A stretch of 64,000 nucleotides of DNA. Origin: Macrostomum hystrix (lineage: Eukaryota > Animalia > Platyhelminthes). Position numbers and translations under genes: made by a program. Under the pieces are notes generated by a model. The model was given only the letters and a program-made list of their open reading frames with translations, had not been told where the DNA came from and searched no databases. The DNA is taken from NCBI GenBank assembly GCA_950097015.1, contig CATNEN010000039.1:4092001-4156000 (forward strand). Reading direction: 5' to 3'. Every line of letters starts with the position of its first letter. Positions within the stretch are counted from its first letter, which is position 1. Of the stretch, positions 24,867 through 36,580 are shown in pieces.

Positions 24867-27800
24867 CAGACAGACAGACAGACAGACAGAAACACATCGC
24901 CCACCTGGCTGGCTGGCAGGAAGGCGCCGTCGGTTCCATTGTCGGCCACCAGCCGTAGGCGGACGATGCCGGCGCCGCCGGCCGCAGGCGCAGACCAGTC
25001 GTCAAGCGGCCGCAGACGCGGCGCCGCCAGCCGCAGCAGGTTCAACACGCTGGAGGCTTCGCCCTGATTGAAGCCAGACGGTTCGGCTCGCAATTCCAGC
25101 ACAACAACAGAATCGGCGCCCGGCCAGGCGACGGCCTCGAATGCGACGTTGGCGCTGCCTCTGGCGCCTTCGGCGTCGCGAACAACCAGCCGGAAGGCGT
25201 AGCGGCCGGGCTGCAGGCCGGCAAGCAGCAGCACCGGCTGGCTGGCGGAGTCGTTCAACGCCAGGCCGGCGACGGAGGAGTTGGGCAGGCGGGACCAGCG
25301 GTACCGAGTTACCGACTGAGGGATTTTGGTGCCACGGTTAAAGCGAACCGTGTACCTGTGTACCTCATCTACCTCATCTACCTCTCCCCATCTACCTGTC
25401 CCAATCTCACCCCCACTACCTGTCCCATCCTCTCTCCCAATACCTGTCCCATCCTCTCTCCCAATACCTGTCCCATCCTCTCTCCCACTACCTGTCCTAT
25501 CCTCTCTTACTCACTACCTGTCCTATCCTCTCTCCCACTACCTGTCCTATCCTCTCTTCCTCACTACCTGTCCTATCCTCTCTTCCTCACTACCTGTCCT
25601 ATCCTCTCTTCCTCACTACCTGTCTTATCCTCTCTTCCTCACTACCTGTCCTATCCTCTCTTCCTCACTACCTGTCCTATCCTCTCTTCCTCACTACCTG
25701 TCCTATCCTCAGTACCTTTCCATATTCGCTCATTTAACACCTTGCCCACTCTATTTCCTTAGTACCCGTCTTGTTTTCTGTTTTCTCTTTCCAAGCTAAC
25801 AAGTAAGAAGCGAACCTTATCATCCCAACTGGCCGAACCGTCTATGGCCAAAACCTGTCCCCCGGTGCCGTCCAGCTGCAAGCGAGCCGGCAGAGCTGCG
25901 ATGACGGCCTGCGGCGGCTGATTCGGGCCAGGCAGGACCGTCAGGCTGGCGATGGCGCTGGAGTTGGCACCGTCCTGATCCACAGCTGTGATGCGAAGTT
26001 TAAAATCGTCACCGGCGAAGAGACCTGAACAGGTGTTCGAGATTGAGTGTTAGATTGCTATCTTGTAGTCATTAAATTTCGTGTATTCGAAAACAGAGTT
26101 TGGTCTTAGACACTAAAAATAAAAATAAAATTAGAACATGTATTAGATACTGAATGCATTTTAGAACAGGCGTAAGATGCTTAATGGATATTAGAACAGG
26201 TGTTAGATACTGAATGGATATTAGAACGATGTTAGATACTGAATGGATATTAGAACAGGCGTAAGATGCTTAATGGATATTAGAACAGGTGTTAGATACT
26301 GAATGGATATTAGAACAGGCGTAAGATGCTTAATGGATATTAGAACAGGTGTTAGATACTGAATGGATATTAGAACAGTGTGCTAGATACAGACCAGTGA
26401 CCGTAACAGTCGGTGAAGTAGCGTTGATGAGTTGCAGCGGTTTGCCCTCGACCTGCTGCCACAGCCAGGCCGCAATCACTCCGGTGTCATCCGACGCGTC
26501 GGCTCCGATACTCACTGAGGCCTGCGGCAGGCGAACGCTGAGATTATCGGGCACTGCGCGGACCACCGGAGGCCGATTCTGGCCGCGTCGCTTCACCAGA
26601 ACCGTGACGTTGGCGCTGTCTGCCTGCCCGGCGGCATCCGTCACAGTCAGGCGAAATCGGTACTCGCCTTCTACTAGGCCGGACAGACGAAGATCCCGTG
26701 TGTGGGCGCCCTGCGGATGGGGTTGCAAAGGGATTTCACGAAATGGGTGACGAAACAGCTCACGTCATAGACAATGACCGATTTGATTTACGAAATACTA
26801 CCGAAGACGACATGAATATCGAGGTTAATAGTTAAATATGGACGCATGACCTAATAAACCCATTAGATCCATGACCTAATAAACCCATTGGATCCATGAC
26901 CTAATAAACCTACTAGATCCATGACCTAATAAACCTACTAGATCCATGACCTAATAAACCCATTAGATCCATGACCTAATAAACCCATTAGATCCATGAC
27001 CTAATAAACCCATTGGATCCATGACCTAATAAACCTACTAGATCCATGACCTAATTATCCTACAAGATCCATGACCTAATAAACCTACTAGATCCATGAC
27101 CTAATAAACCCATTAGATCCATGACCTAATAAACCCATTAGATCCATGACCTAATAAACCCATTGGATCCATGACCTAATAAACCTACTAGATCCATGAC
27201 CTAATAAACCTACTAGATCCATGACCTAATAAACCTACTAGATCCATGACCTAATTATCCTACAAGATCCATGACCTAATTATCCTACAAGATCCATGAC
27301 CTAATTATCCTACTGGACCCATGACCTAATTATCCTACTGGACCCATGACCTAATTATCCTACTGGACCCATGACCTAATTATCCTACTGGACCCATGAC
27401 CTAATTAACCTACAATATTCATGATCTAATTATCCTACAATATTCATGACCTAATTATCCTAATTGACCCAAATAAAGCCGCGACCTCACCTGCATATCG
27501 GCGCTAAGCAATGGATCTCCAACCTGAGTCCAAGAGTAGCTTACGATGCCCCTATCATCAGTGCTGGCAATGCCAGTCAGGTTGACGCCATTGTTGGGCA
27601 GGTACAGAACAACTCCGCTGCCGGCGCTAGCCCTCGGCGGACTATCCCTGGGCGCCAGCACGGTGACATTGGCCTCCATGGAGTCTGTCAGGCCGTTGAT
27701 ATCGCGCACAGTCAGCCGGAGCCTGTACACTCCCGCAGGCAGGGCGACCCGCAACACCGGCTGTCGCCAGGCCGGACCAGTCGACGATGACGAGGAGCCG

Positions 27801-30800
27801 CCGCCGGCGGACAGCTGCGGCAGCGGGCCGTCGACAGTCTCCCAGGTGTAAGCATCAATGCGACTGGAGCCTTCTCGACTGGAGCTACCGTCCAGCAGGG
27901 CCACATTCGGCAGCTCGACGGTTAGCGAAGTCGGACGGACCACGGCTGTTGGGCCGATTGGAGCAGCTGCTATTTCGGGGACACGCAGGGAGGGAAGAGA
28001 CACTGTTAGCAGCAGAATGACCCGGCTATTTCCTGAAAGACCACAGTAGATGGTCCGACTCGTCCGACTCAGTGTCGTCGAGATGTTCAGCGATTATAGT
28101 CGAAGACCCTGGTGACAGGGACAACTAACATTGCTCTGGATAACACTCTGTGGCGAATCTATCTACTATCTATCTATTTGCAGGGGGGCCCGGGGCCGGG
28201 TGATGAGTGTACACTTATCCAATCGCGCTGACGGAAGTCCAGAAAGCGCGCGGCGGTGTACACCCGCCCTCCAGCCACCCCCCCGCAAGGTCTCACGCCC
28301 CAGCGCCAACGCACACAACTCACACAACACAGAACAGGCACACAGAAGGTAGGAGCGAAGCTATTATTTCAAGCTTTGATTGCACGAAATGGTGCACCTC
28401 CGCCGGTCGCTACTGTCCAAACCCCCCAACAAGTCCCGAAATTAATCGTGACTTGAAGGGTGAATCGAACTAGCGTCCATTGGAGTGCGAGGCAGCGACG
28501 TTAGCCGCTGACCCACTCGCCCCCTCCTCTGTGGCGAATACATACTGGTTCAACCCACAGCCAATAATTTTAACCCTGTTTGACCTCGCACTGGAATCAT
28601 TTGGAAAAATCGTTTTTCGAAATATTTAATATCTTTAGCATTTAATAAGATTACGCGTTGAGCGTAAATTCCGTTGAGCTGTTTGGCTTGTAGATCGCTT
28701 TCTAAATACGTACGTACACACATAGATCAGAGATTTAATATATTGGGAAAAAATAGATGGATGATCTTCTTGGACTTTATAGCCTGGCGCACGTACGCCT
28801 TATTCTAGCGAGCTATACGACAGACGTATTGATCTATAGAAAGCGAATATCTTGAAAACTGGGAACTATATTTTTACTCATTTATTTAACTGGACAAAGT
28901 GAATGTAAATATTTTATCATATCAGGAAAATTTCGGAATCTTCGCAGCAAGGATTAAATACTCAACGAAAGTCCAGTATTTGGTGATACAGAATCAGCTC
29001 TGATTCCTAGACCTGCAGGAATAGTGCTTGGATTTTCTCCTCAGTCAATGTCGAGTTGGCCAGCGCAACAGCCCGGATAATGCCGTTCAGAGCGCCATAA
29101 CCGGAAGAAGAACTGAATCGCCAACCAATCTTGATGCAGGCGCCAGTCGGAATGTAGTTAGTACTAACCGAGTCAGTGTAGGAGGGCTGGGGCAGAAACG
29201 CGGATCCAAGATAGAACCTGCACTGTCTGGCTGGTCTGTCTAAGGCTGCGCCAACGATGACAAACTGCTTGGAGTCGGTTGGCAGCAAGGTGCGGGTGCG
29301 GAATCTAATTGGCTGGCCAGGATTCAGGTAGAGAGCGCGGTCTATACCAGGTTTCGTTCTGTGCTCCCAAAAGTGATCAGCATAACTATTGCCAAGATTG
29401 ATGCAACTTTCCAGCTCCACAAAGCAGTTGTCTTTCGGAGATCTACTCAGGTGCAACAGCCAGGTATAGGAGCCCGAAAAATCAAGGCCGGAGACATTGT
29501 TCACCCAAAGCCGGGAGGAGACGCCGTCCATGACGACGCCTTCGCTAGTCCACGAGACGCTGCTGGATCGCATGGGATTTCCCTGGCCGGCTGGGCCGCA
29601 CACCAGATTCTCCATGGCCGCTCCCCTATCCCCAACCCACACGGCTTGAAAGTGCCGATTTGCGGCGATGGCGCTGTACTCCGAGTCAACAATGACCTTG
29701 CAGCTCTGCACAATATGCTCAGCGTCAGCTTCGCCGACACTGAAGCCGCCAAATAGATGACAGACCTGGCTGAAGCGATAGAAGGCACAAGAGGCTTTGA
29801 ATCGGCTCCACTGTACAACACTGTAGTGCCGTTGAGTTAGTAAGGAACGTGGCCTCTTGGGCCGTATATTTGAGTTGTTATATAGTCGCAGCCACATAGT
29901 GGCTGCCGACGTGCAGCCCAGTCATGAGCGCATTACGTAACACCTACATGCCAAGAGCAGTGCACGTTGACCGTGACGCTATGCCAGCGTGGGAGGGAGA
30001 GGGCAACGCAGTGCACTACATCTCTCCCCCTCAGAGTAAAAAAAGGTCAAAAGCGTGGCGCATTTAGTGGGTCTTAAAAATCGGAACGCAAAATAAACCG
30101 GAACAGGAAAGATGCCTGTCAGACCCTGTCACTACAGTCACTCCTTATAGCAGATGTGCCTCTTAGCCTGCCTGGGGTGGGGCCTCTGCGCTATGGCCAC
30201 GTCCGTGGCGCCGCCGTCTGTGGCGGGCTGCGGATCAGCGGGCCGGCCGTCCAGCGGTTCGTCCGGCTCCCAGGGGCACTCGCGCAGCGGCTTGGTCTCA
30301 GTCACGTGCCGCCGCAGTACGGCCTCGCCTCTCTCCAGCGTCCAAGCATCGCCGTGGACCGCTTTGACGAGCCAGGGGCGCGGGTCGAACGGGCACCGCA
30401 GTTTGGCCTTGCCGCGGTTCCTGAGCAGCACGCGGGCGCCCGCCGAAATGCCGTGTGGCGCTGCCGCTCGTCGCGTGTCGGCCGCGCGGCGCATCGCCTG
30501 CTTGTAGCAGCGGTCATGTCGCTGCAGCTGCCGTCCGGCGTCGCCCAGCTGCTCCGCGGGGCCGGCAGGCAGAAGGTCGCCGACGGCCCTGTTGAACATG
30601 AGGTCGTTGGGCGAACGGCCCGTGCCGCGGTGCACCGAGTTGCGGTAGTCGAGCAGCCACTCATGGATGACCCGGCGCCAGTCCTTGCCCTCCGCTGCCG
30701 CGGCGTTGACACACTTGTTGAGGCTGCGGTTGAATCGCTCGACCTCGCCGTTCGCTGCCGGGTAGAGTGGGGTGACCCTGCGGTGCTGGACTCCGAGGCC

Positions 30801-33800
30801 GTCGAGGAACTCCTTGAACTCCTCGCTCGTGAAGTAGGTCGCGTTGTCCGTGGTGATCTGCTGTGGCACGCCGAAGCGGCTGAACGAGGCCATGGCGCAG
30901 GTGATGATGCTGGTGCTCGTGAGGCTGCGCACCACGTAGGTGTCCGGGTACCGGCTGAAGTAGTCCACCAGGACCACCACGTTCTCGCCGGTCGGGAACG
31001 GTCCGCAGACGTCCACGCTCAGCGATTGCCACGGCCCGGAGGGCAGCGGTGTCGGCTGCATCGGCGGCTGCTTGACGGCTCCGTCCGGTCGAGCCGCCTG
31101 GCACGGGCGGCAGTGGGAGACAACGGCCTCGACCTGCTGTGTCATGCCGGGCCACCAGACCTTCCGCTGCAGCCGGTCGCACGTTTTCTTCTGGCCGAGG
31201 TGGCCTTGGTGCGCCAGTGCGATGGTCAGCTGCTGCAGCTCCGCCGGGATCACGATCTTGCTGCCCCGGAGCAAGACATCGTCGTGGACGCTGAGCTCAT
31301 CCTTCAGGGACCGGAAGCTGTGCGCCGGGGCCGCGGCGCCGCAGCGCCAGTGGCCAGTCGCTAGGGCTTGCATGACGACCGTCAGAGCGGGGTCCCTCTT
31401 GGTTGCAGCGCGAATCCTGTCCATCGTCAGGCCCTTCGGTGTCGCGGCCCGGACCACGGCGTTGAGCAGCCTGGTCTCCGCGGCCACGTCCCTGCCCGGC
31501 GACGTCTCCGGCAGCGGGTTGCGGCTCAGGGGATCGGCCGGATTGTCCTCGCCCTTGCGGTAGTGCAGCGTGAACGAGAAGTGCTGCGTCTGTAGCATGA
31601 TGCGCTCGAGTCGCGGCGGCGGCCGGGAGTCTGGCCTGTAGATGCCCAGCAGCGGCTTGTGGTCGGTGTAGACGTCGAAATGAGGACAGCCCTCCAGGTA
31701 GAACGCGAACTTTAGGCAGCCGAACTTGACGCCCAGGATGCTACAGCGCTCGATAGTGCTGATATTTGCTACAGCGCTCGATCTGGCTGTAGCGCCGCTC
31801 GACCTCGCTGAGGGTGCGGCTCGCGTAGGCCACCGGCCGGGTCTGCCCACCGAGGTGCAGGATGGCGCCGACGCCAACGGGCGATGCATCGACCACCAGC
31901 TCTGTTGGCAGCTGCTTGTCGAAGAAGGCCAGGGTGCCGCTCTCCGAGATGCAGTCCTTGACGTTCTGGAAGGCCTGCTGCTGCTCGCTGTCCCAGACGA
32001 ACTCCTGGCCCTTCCGTGTCAGCCGCCTGAGCGGCTCCGCCTTGTCCGCTAGCTGCGGCATGAACTTCTCCAGGTGGTTGGCCAGGCCGAGGAACGACCG
32101 GACCTCCTTGACGGACTGTGGTTCTTTGAAGGCTTGCAGCTCGGCGATCTTTTCTTGAGATGGCTGGATCCCAAACTTGGACAGCGTCATCGCCATGAAC
32201 TTGGCCTTGCCGATCCCCCAGCGGCACTTGCTGCCGTTGAGTGTGATGCCGTGCTCTCGCAGTCTGGCCAGGCAGGCTGCCACGTGAGTCTTGTGAGCCT
32301 TCAGGTCTCGGCTGTGGACGATGATGTCGTCGTGGATCTACTTAACACCCGTCAGGCCCTCCAGCACTCGCTGCATCACACGCTGTAGGATCTCCGACGC
32401 GGAGGCGAATCCCATGCTCAGGCGAGTCAACTGCCGCATTCCTCGGGGCGTTGAGAACACGAAGTACTTCCGGCTGTCCTCGCTGATTTCAATCTGGTGG
32501 AATGCTTTGAAAATGTCGAGCTTGCTGAAGATCGATGAGCCAGCCATGTCGCTTGTCGCCTCCTCGAATGTCGGGATCTGGTGTCGCTCCCTCAGCGCCG
32601 CCTTGTTCACGTCGCGCAGATCCTGCGTGATCCGCACGCTCTTGCCGTCCTCCTTCGGCACCACGACGATGCGGCTGACCCACGGCGTGGGGCCCTCGAC
32701 TGGCTGGATGATGCCCAGCTGCTCTTGCTCGTCTAGCTCGCGGTCCAGCGCCTCCCGGAGGTGCACCGGAACGCGGGAGGGCGGGTGGCAGATTGGCCTG
32801 GCGTCGGATTTGATGTTGATCTGCACAGAGACGTCCTTGACCTTTCCGAGGCCTCTGAAGAGCTCGGGAAATTGCCTGACGACCGCCTGGATCGCGGGGT
32901 CCTCCATCTCGGTTGCCTCGATCGCATGGACCTGAGGCCCTAGGCTCAGGAGCCCGAGCGAAGTCGAGGCCTCACGTCCCAGGATGTTGGTGCCGCCGCC
33001 GGGGACGACGATGAAGCGAACCGTCCTACTGTTCTGCCCCGTTGACACCCGCAGGCTGCAGGCTCCCAGAGTGCTGAGCGGCTTCGGCGAGCGGAAGGCG
33101 AAGATCTTCGTGCGAGTTGCCTGCAGCTGCGGGGGTCCCGGCAGTGTCTGCCAGGCCTGCTCGGTGATGATGTTGCAGTCGGCGCCGCTGTCCACCAGCA
33201 CGGGCAGCTGCGTTGAACCGACGAACACCGACGTCTGGGCTCCGGCTGCCGCGGTTCCTGTGGCTGCCACGGTCAGGCAGAACACGCCGTCCTCCGCCGC
33301 TGAGCTGTCGCTGTCGGCCTGCAGGGCGTGGACGTCTCCCTTCGGCCGGGACAGGCAGGCCCTCGCCAGGTGATTTCGCTTGCCGCAGCGGTTGCACGTC
33401 TTGCCTTCGGCTGCGCTGCACGTGCGGTGGCCGGGGGCTCCGCACCTGATGCACCTGGTCTGCCCGCCGTTCGGCTGCTTGTCTCGCGGCTGTCCTGTCG
33501 GCCGCCGCGCTGCAGGGGCTGCTGCACCGGCCTCCTGACGTCGGAGCCGCTGCACAGACGCATCGTTGGCCTCCATAACGCTCGCTTGGGCCTCCGCCGC
33601 TTCCATGGCCCGGGCCGCCCGCACCGCCTGCTCCAGGTCCACGTTGTCGATGGCTAGCAGCTTTCGACGGAGCTGGTCGGAGCTGCAGCAGGCAATCACC
33701 TGATCACGGATCAGGGACTCTCGCAGGTCTCCGAAGGCGCAGCAGTCGGCGGCGTCCTTGAGGCGCTGGAGCCAGTCATCTATGGGCTCACCGGGCCGCT

Positions 33801-36580
33801 GGGTGCAGAGCCTGAACTGGTAGCGGGTGAACGGCAGATTCCGCTTGCCGTCGAAGTGCTGATTGAGCGCGGCCACGAGTGTGTCGACGTCCTTGCCCAC
33901 CGCCTCGTTGGTGAGGCCGGCCGCGATCGCCTGCAGGTCCTCGCCGGCGGTGTACAGTAGCAGCTGGCGCAGCCGCTTCTTATCATCGATGCCTGCGGCG
34001 ACCGTGAACAGCTGGAACTGGGCGAGCCATTTCTTCCATTTTGTTTGGGCTGTGCTTGGGTCCGTGCGCAAGTCCAGTGCGGGTGGGGTTTGAATACTGA
34101 CTTGCGATGCCATTGCACTACAAACACCAACGCTGCCCAGACTGATGACACGAGTTGACACCAAACAGTCGAGCAGGGAATCGGAGCTATGACGCCAAAC
34201 CGACTGTGACTCCGGCTAGCAATGCTTAATTGCGCTTATTGAGTACTTCTTAACTACTTGCGTATGGCCTGTACTGCACAGTAACGCCAGTAGTAGTATT
34301 AGTTTGAGTTGCTTCATCATTGCAGGACTTAGGCAAACTCAGGTATAATCTACTCAGGTTTAATTACGACTTATTTATATAGACATTTGCAGACATCAAT
34401 TATTGCAAGATATTACCCTCATCCATTTTACTTTCATTCGATTCTAATGGGCAATTGCGTGATAAAAACTTAACAGCTTTTTAACTGCTTTATCCGGGCG
34501 GTCTGGAAGAAAAGTAGATAAAACGCTTCAAGGCTTAGTGGGACTTGCTAAAAAGCTCAACTTTCCATGGTGAAATGGGACAAATATAAAAATTTGTTTC
34601 CGAATGCATTTCCGACAAGGCGAGGAATTCAGGTGAATTATTGTCACTAATGTGCGATTCAAAGCATTCCAACTGAGGGGATGGGAATGGGATAACGTTT
34701 AAACTGATGGGATGAGAATGGGATAACAGTTAAACTGATGGGATGGGAATGGGATAACAGTTAAACTGATGGGATAGGAATGGGATAACAGTTAAACTGA
34801 TGGCATGAGAATGGGATAACCTTCAAACTGAGGGGATGACAATGGGATAATTATTTAATTGATGGGATGGGAATGGGATAACAGTTAAACTGATGGCATG
34901 AGAATGGGATAACCTTCAAACTGAGGGGATGACAATGGGATAATTATTTAATTGATGGGATGGGAATGGGATAACAGTTAAACTGATGGCATAAGAATGG
35001 GATATCCTTCAAACTGAGGGAATGAGAATGGAGAATGGGATACAGTTCAAACTGAGGGGATGAGAATGGAGAGTGGGATAAAGTTCAAACTGAGCGGATG
35101 AAAATGGAGAATGGGATAAGGTTCAAACTGAGGGGATGAGAATAAGATAATATTCAAGCTGAATGGGATAACACTGCAAAAATAGCTTACCAGTGGTATT
35201 CGTACTGTCTGTTGCCAGCACTGCAGTAGTTGACGATAAGTTTTCAAGAGAGCCAGTTGAACTAGTTGTCAAGCCATTATATAGTTTGGTAGAACTAGAT
35301 ATGACTGTAATTACAGAGCAGATGATAAATGATTTTATTGCAAACATTTTATGATCCAGAAATACAAGCTTGGTCAAGCAAAAAATATAAACTATCTAAA
35401 TATGAAGATCCTTTGGTGGGATAAAATGTGAATTGGGAACTCGGACAGGGCGCGTGGGACTAGCAACAGCTTGGGATTAGAGCGGTCCATTGGTGTGTCT
35501 AGGCGCCATGGACTCAGAGAGAAGGGCAGAGAGAGACAACTGAATGGGGGAATTAATGAAGGAATGTTCAATATGGAGCCCAATGTGCTAATGTGCTAAT
35601 ATGCTAATCTCGTTAGAACTACAATCCATGTACTTTTTACTACGCCAAAAAAATCTAAGAGAAAGAGAGCTTATAGACACAATAATATTGATTCGCATAA
35701 ATGTTTCATTGGAAATATTCTATAGCAACATTCAAAATATGAGGCTATTCAGCATGGAGATTTTAAAAAGGGCAGTCTTCTATGGCGAGGCCACATTCAT
35801 CTGGGGGCGCAGCCGCGGAGAGAAGGCTTGGGGGCTTGTCGTGACAGTGTACACTGCCTGACGATGAGAAAGTCAGGGCAGATGTACACAGCGAAATGGG
35901 CAGAACTGCCTGCTCGCTGGCTGCAAGTCTAGTGTAACCTTAAGGAATTTTTAAGAGTATTCCTTCAAGGGGATTTCACAAAGAGGATCCTCCAAAGGGA
36001 CTCCAAAAAAGCAATCGTCTAAAAAGGATTTCCAAAAAGCTAAGCCTCAAAAGGGGAAAACAGTTTTCATTCTCAATGGAATTTCCAATCGGGGATCCTC
36101 CAATGTGGTGTTAAAATGTGATTTTTTAGGGGATTCCATAGGTGCAAGTCCCCCAACTGACAATGGTCACATGAGAACAAGTTAAAGTGCTTGAAGTTCT
36201 ACTAGGACTAAACTAGTTAAAGCTTGCTCACCGCATTCAATCAGCGATATCCTCAGTGCATTTGGTAGGCAAACACAGAGGCCATAAGAAGAGGACACGT
36301 TGCCAACCTTACTACTGTCAGTACTATTGGTTATTATTGGACGATGGCACACTTCGCCAGTGCCACAGTTGGCAGTTAAGCTGCATTGTCGACCCGGATG
36401 GCAGGTGCCATTGATGCAAATCGCACCTGGCTGAGTACAGCTCAACTCAACTCCGGCTGTACAATTGGCAGGCTTTATTAATGCTGCTGCTGTAGGCAGG
36501 GATGCAGGAAGCAACAGACAGGTAGGCAGGCAAATTAGCAGCAATGAAACCGTGCCAGCCATAGGCAATATATGTACCAT
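24007..36580 (-). CDS. KIAA0319L: KIAA0319/KIAA0319L (AAVR)-like PKD-domain type I membrane protein
   Basis: Exons 36580-36232 (signal peptide, Cys-rich), 35304-35191 (S/T-rich), 27969-27491, 26710-26395, 26024-25816, 25315-24905 and 24675-24007. Four PKD repeats (e.g. [25 protein letters not shown]) and the family-typical [27 protein letters not shown] before the TM. Joining the two 5' exons relies on phase-1 compatibility only. Confidence 0.88.
24710..24890. repeat. (CAGA)n microsatellite filling a KIAA0319-like intron
   Basis: Tetranucleotide run inside intron 24676-24904. Confidence 0.97.
25350..25712. repeat. 24-26-bp minisatellite (TCACTACCTGTCCTATCCTCTCTTCC), intronic
   Basis: Tandem units in intron 25316-25815. 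The sense strand carries ACAG|GTAG in each unit. Confidence 0.93.
26130..26392. repeat. 30-bp minisatellite (TTAGATACTGAATGGATATTAGAACAGGTG), intronic
   Basis: Alternating 30-mer variants running up to the donor at 26394. Confidence 0.92.
26845..27470. repeat. 25-bp minisatellite (CATGACCTAATAAACCCATTAGATC), intronic
   Basis: Period 25, with a variant gradient along the array. Confidence 0.95.
28050..28600. mobile_element. Family D element interrupted by a SINE
   Basis: tcgtcgagatgttcagcgat..gtcgaagaccctg..ctctgtggcgaat, as at ~2735-2812. Confidence 0.55.
28160..28527 (-). mobile_element. tRNA-derived SINE family C with 13-bp TSD (ctctgtggcgaat)
   Basis: Minus-strand head TGGGTCAGCGG..AGTTCGATTC and (TAGA)n tail. 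Direct repeat at ~28147 and ~28528. Confidence 0.8.
29822..34122 (-). mobile_element. Ty3/Gypsy LTR retrotransposon, defective
   Basis: TGTAGTG..CACTACA termini with a 5-bp TSD (aacac at 29817-29821 and 34123-34127). [15 protein letters not shown] precedes the 199-bp 3' LTR (29822-30020). Domain order gag-PR-RT-RH-IN. Confidence 0.95.
30138..34113 (-). pseudogene. gag-pol polyprotein with an in-frame stop and a frameshift
   Basis: Zn knuckle [14 protein letters not shown], protease VLVDSGA, RT K*IHDDII (stop at 32340-32338), RNase [15 protein letters not shown], integrase HQGH..CRPC, TDNATYF and NGEVER. Frameshifting duplication at ~31740-31785. Confidence 0.9.
34670..35172. repeat. 31-bp minisatellite (AAACTGATGGGATGRGAATGGGATAACAGTT), intronic
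   Basis: Period ~31, beginning ~18 nt from the donor at 35190. Confidence 0.92.
35783..35937 (+). mobile_element. SINE family A, partial
   Basis: ggcgaggccacattcat..ggagagaaggcttggg..ctgacgatgagaaagtcagg is the reverse complement of the 15128/58255 copies. Confidence 0.78.

Larger units (their letters stand above)
29007..34320 (-). pseudogene. Nested intronless secreted protein gene (signal peptide, PAN-like, LamG/concanavalin-A-like), disrupted by the Gypsy insertion and an in-frame TAG
   Basis: 34320-34123 reads [36 protein letters not shown]. Removing the element and one TSD rejoins in frame to [47 protein letters not shown] (29816-29007). TATA-like TATATAAATA lies ~55 nt upstream. Confidence 0.72.

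Noticed and set aside
29822-29897. N-terminus of ORF 29007..29897 as a real start, or the ORF as an env-like gene of the element
   Set aside because: The first 25 codons are LTR sequence and the rest lies outside the TSD. It is the 3' part of the interrupted host gene.
30156-31364. 402-aa plus-strand ORF and other antisense ORFs over pol and GC-rich exons
   Set aside because: Antisense shadows expected from GC-rich codon usage, with no recognisable motifs.
32338-32340. Programmed stop read-through in the retroelement
   Set aside because: The TAG falls inside the RT catalytic region just before IHDD rather than at a gag/pol boundary, so a nonsense mutation is more likely.
35847-35900. Hammerhead-like CTGACGA...GAAA in SINE A
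   Set aside because: No stem II can form between the boxes, and CTGAC is sequestered by GTCAG in a simple hairpin. An Infernal search with hammerhead models would settle it.
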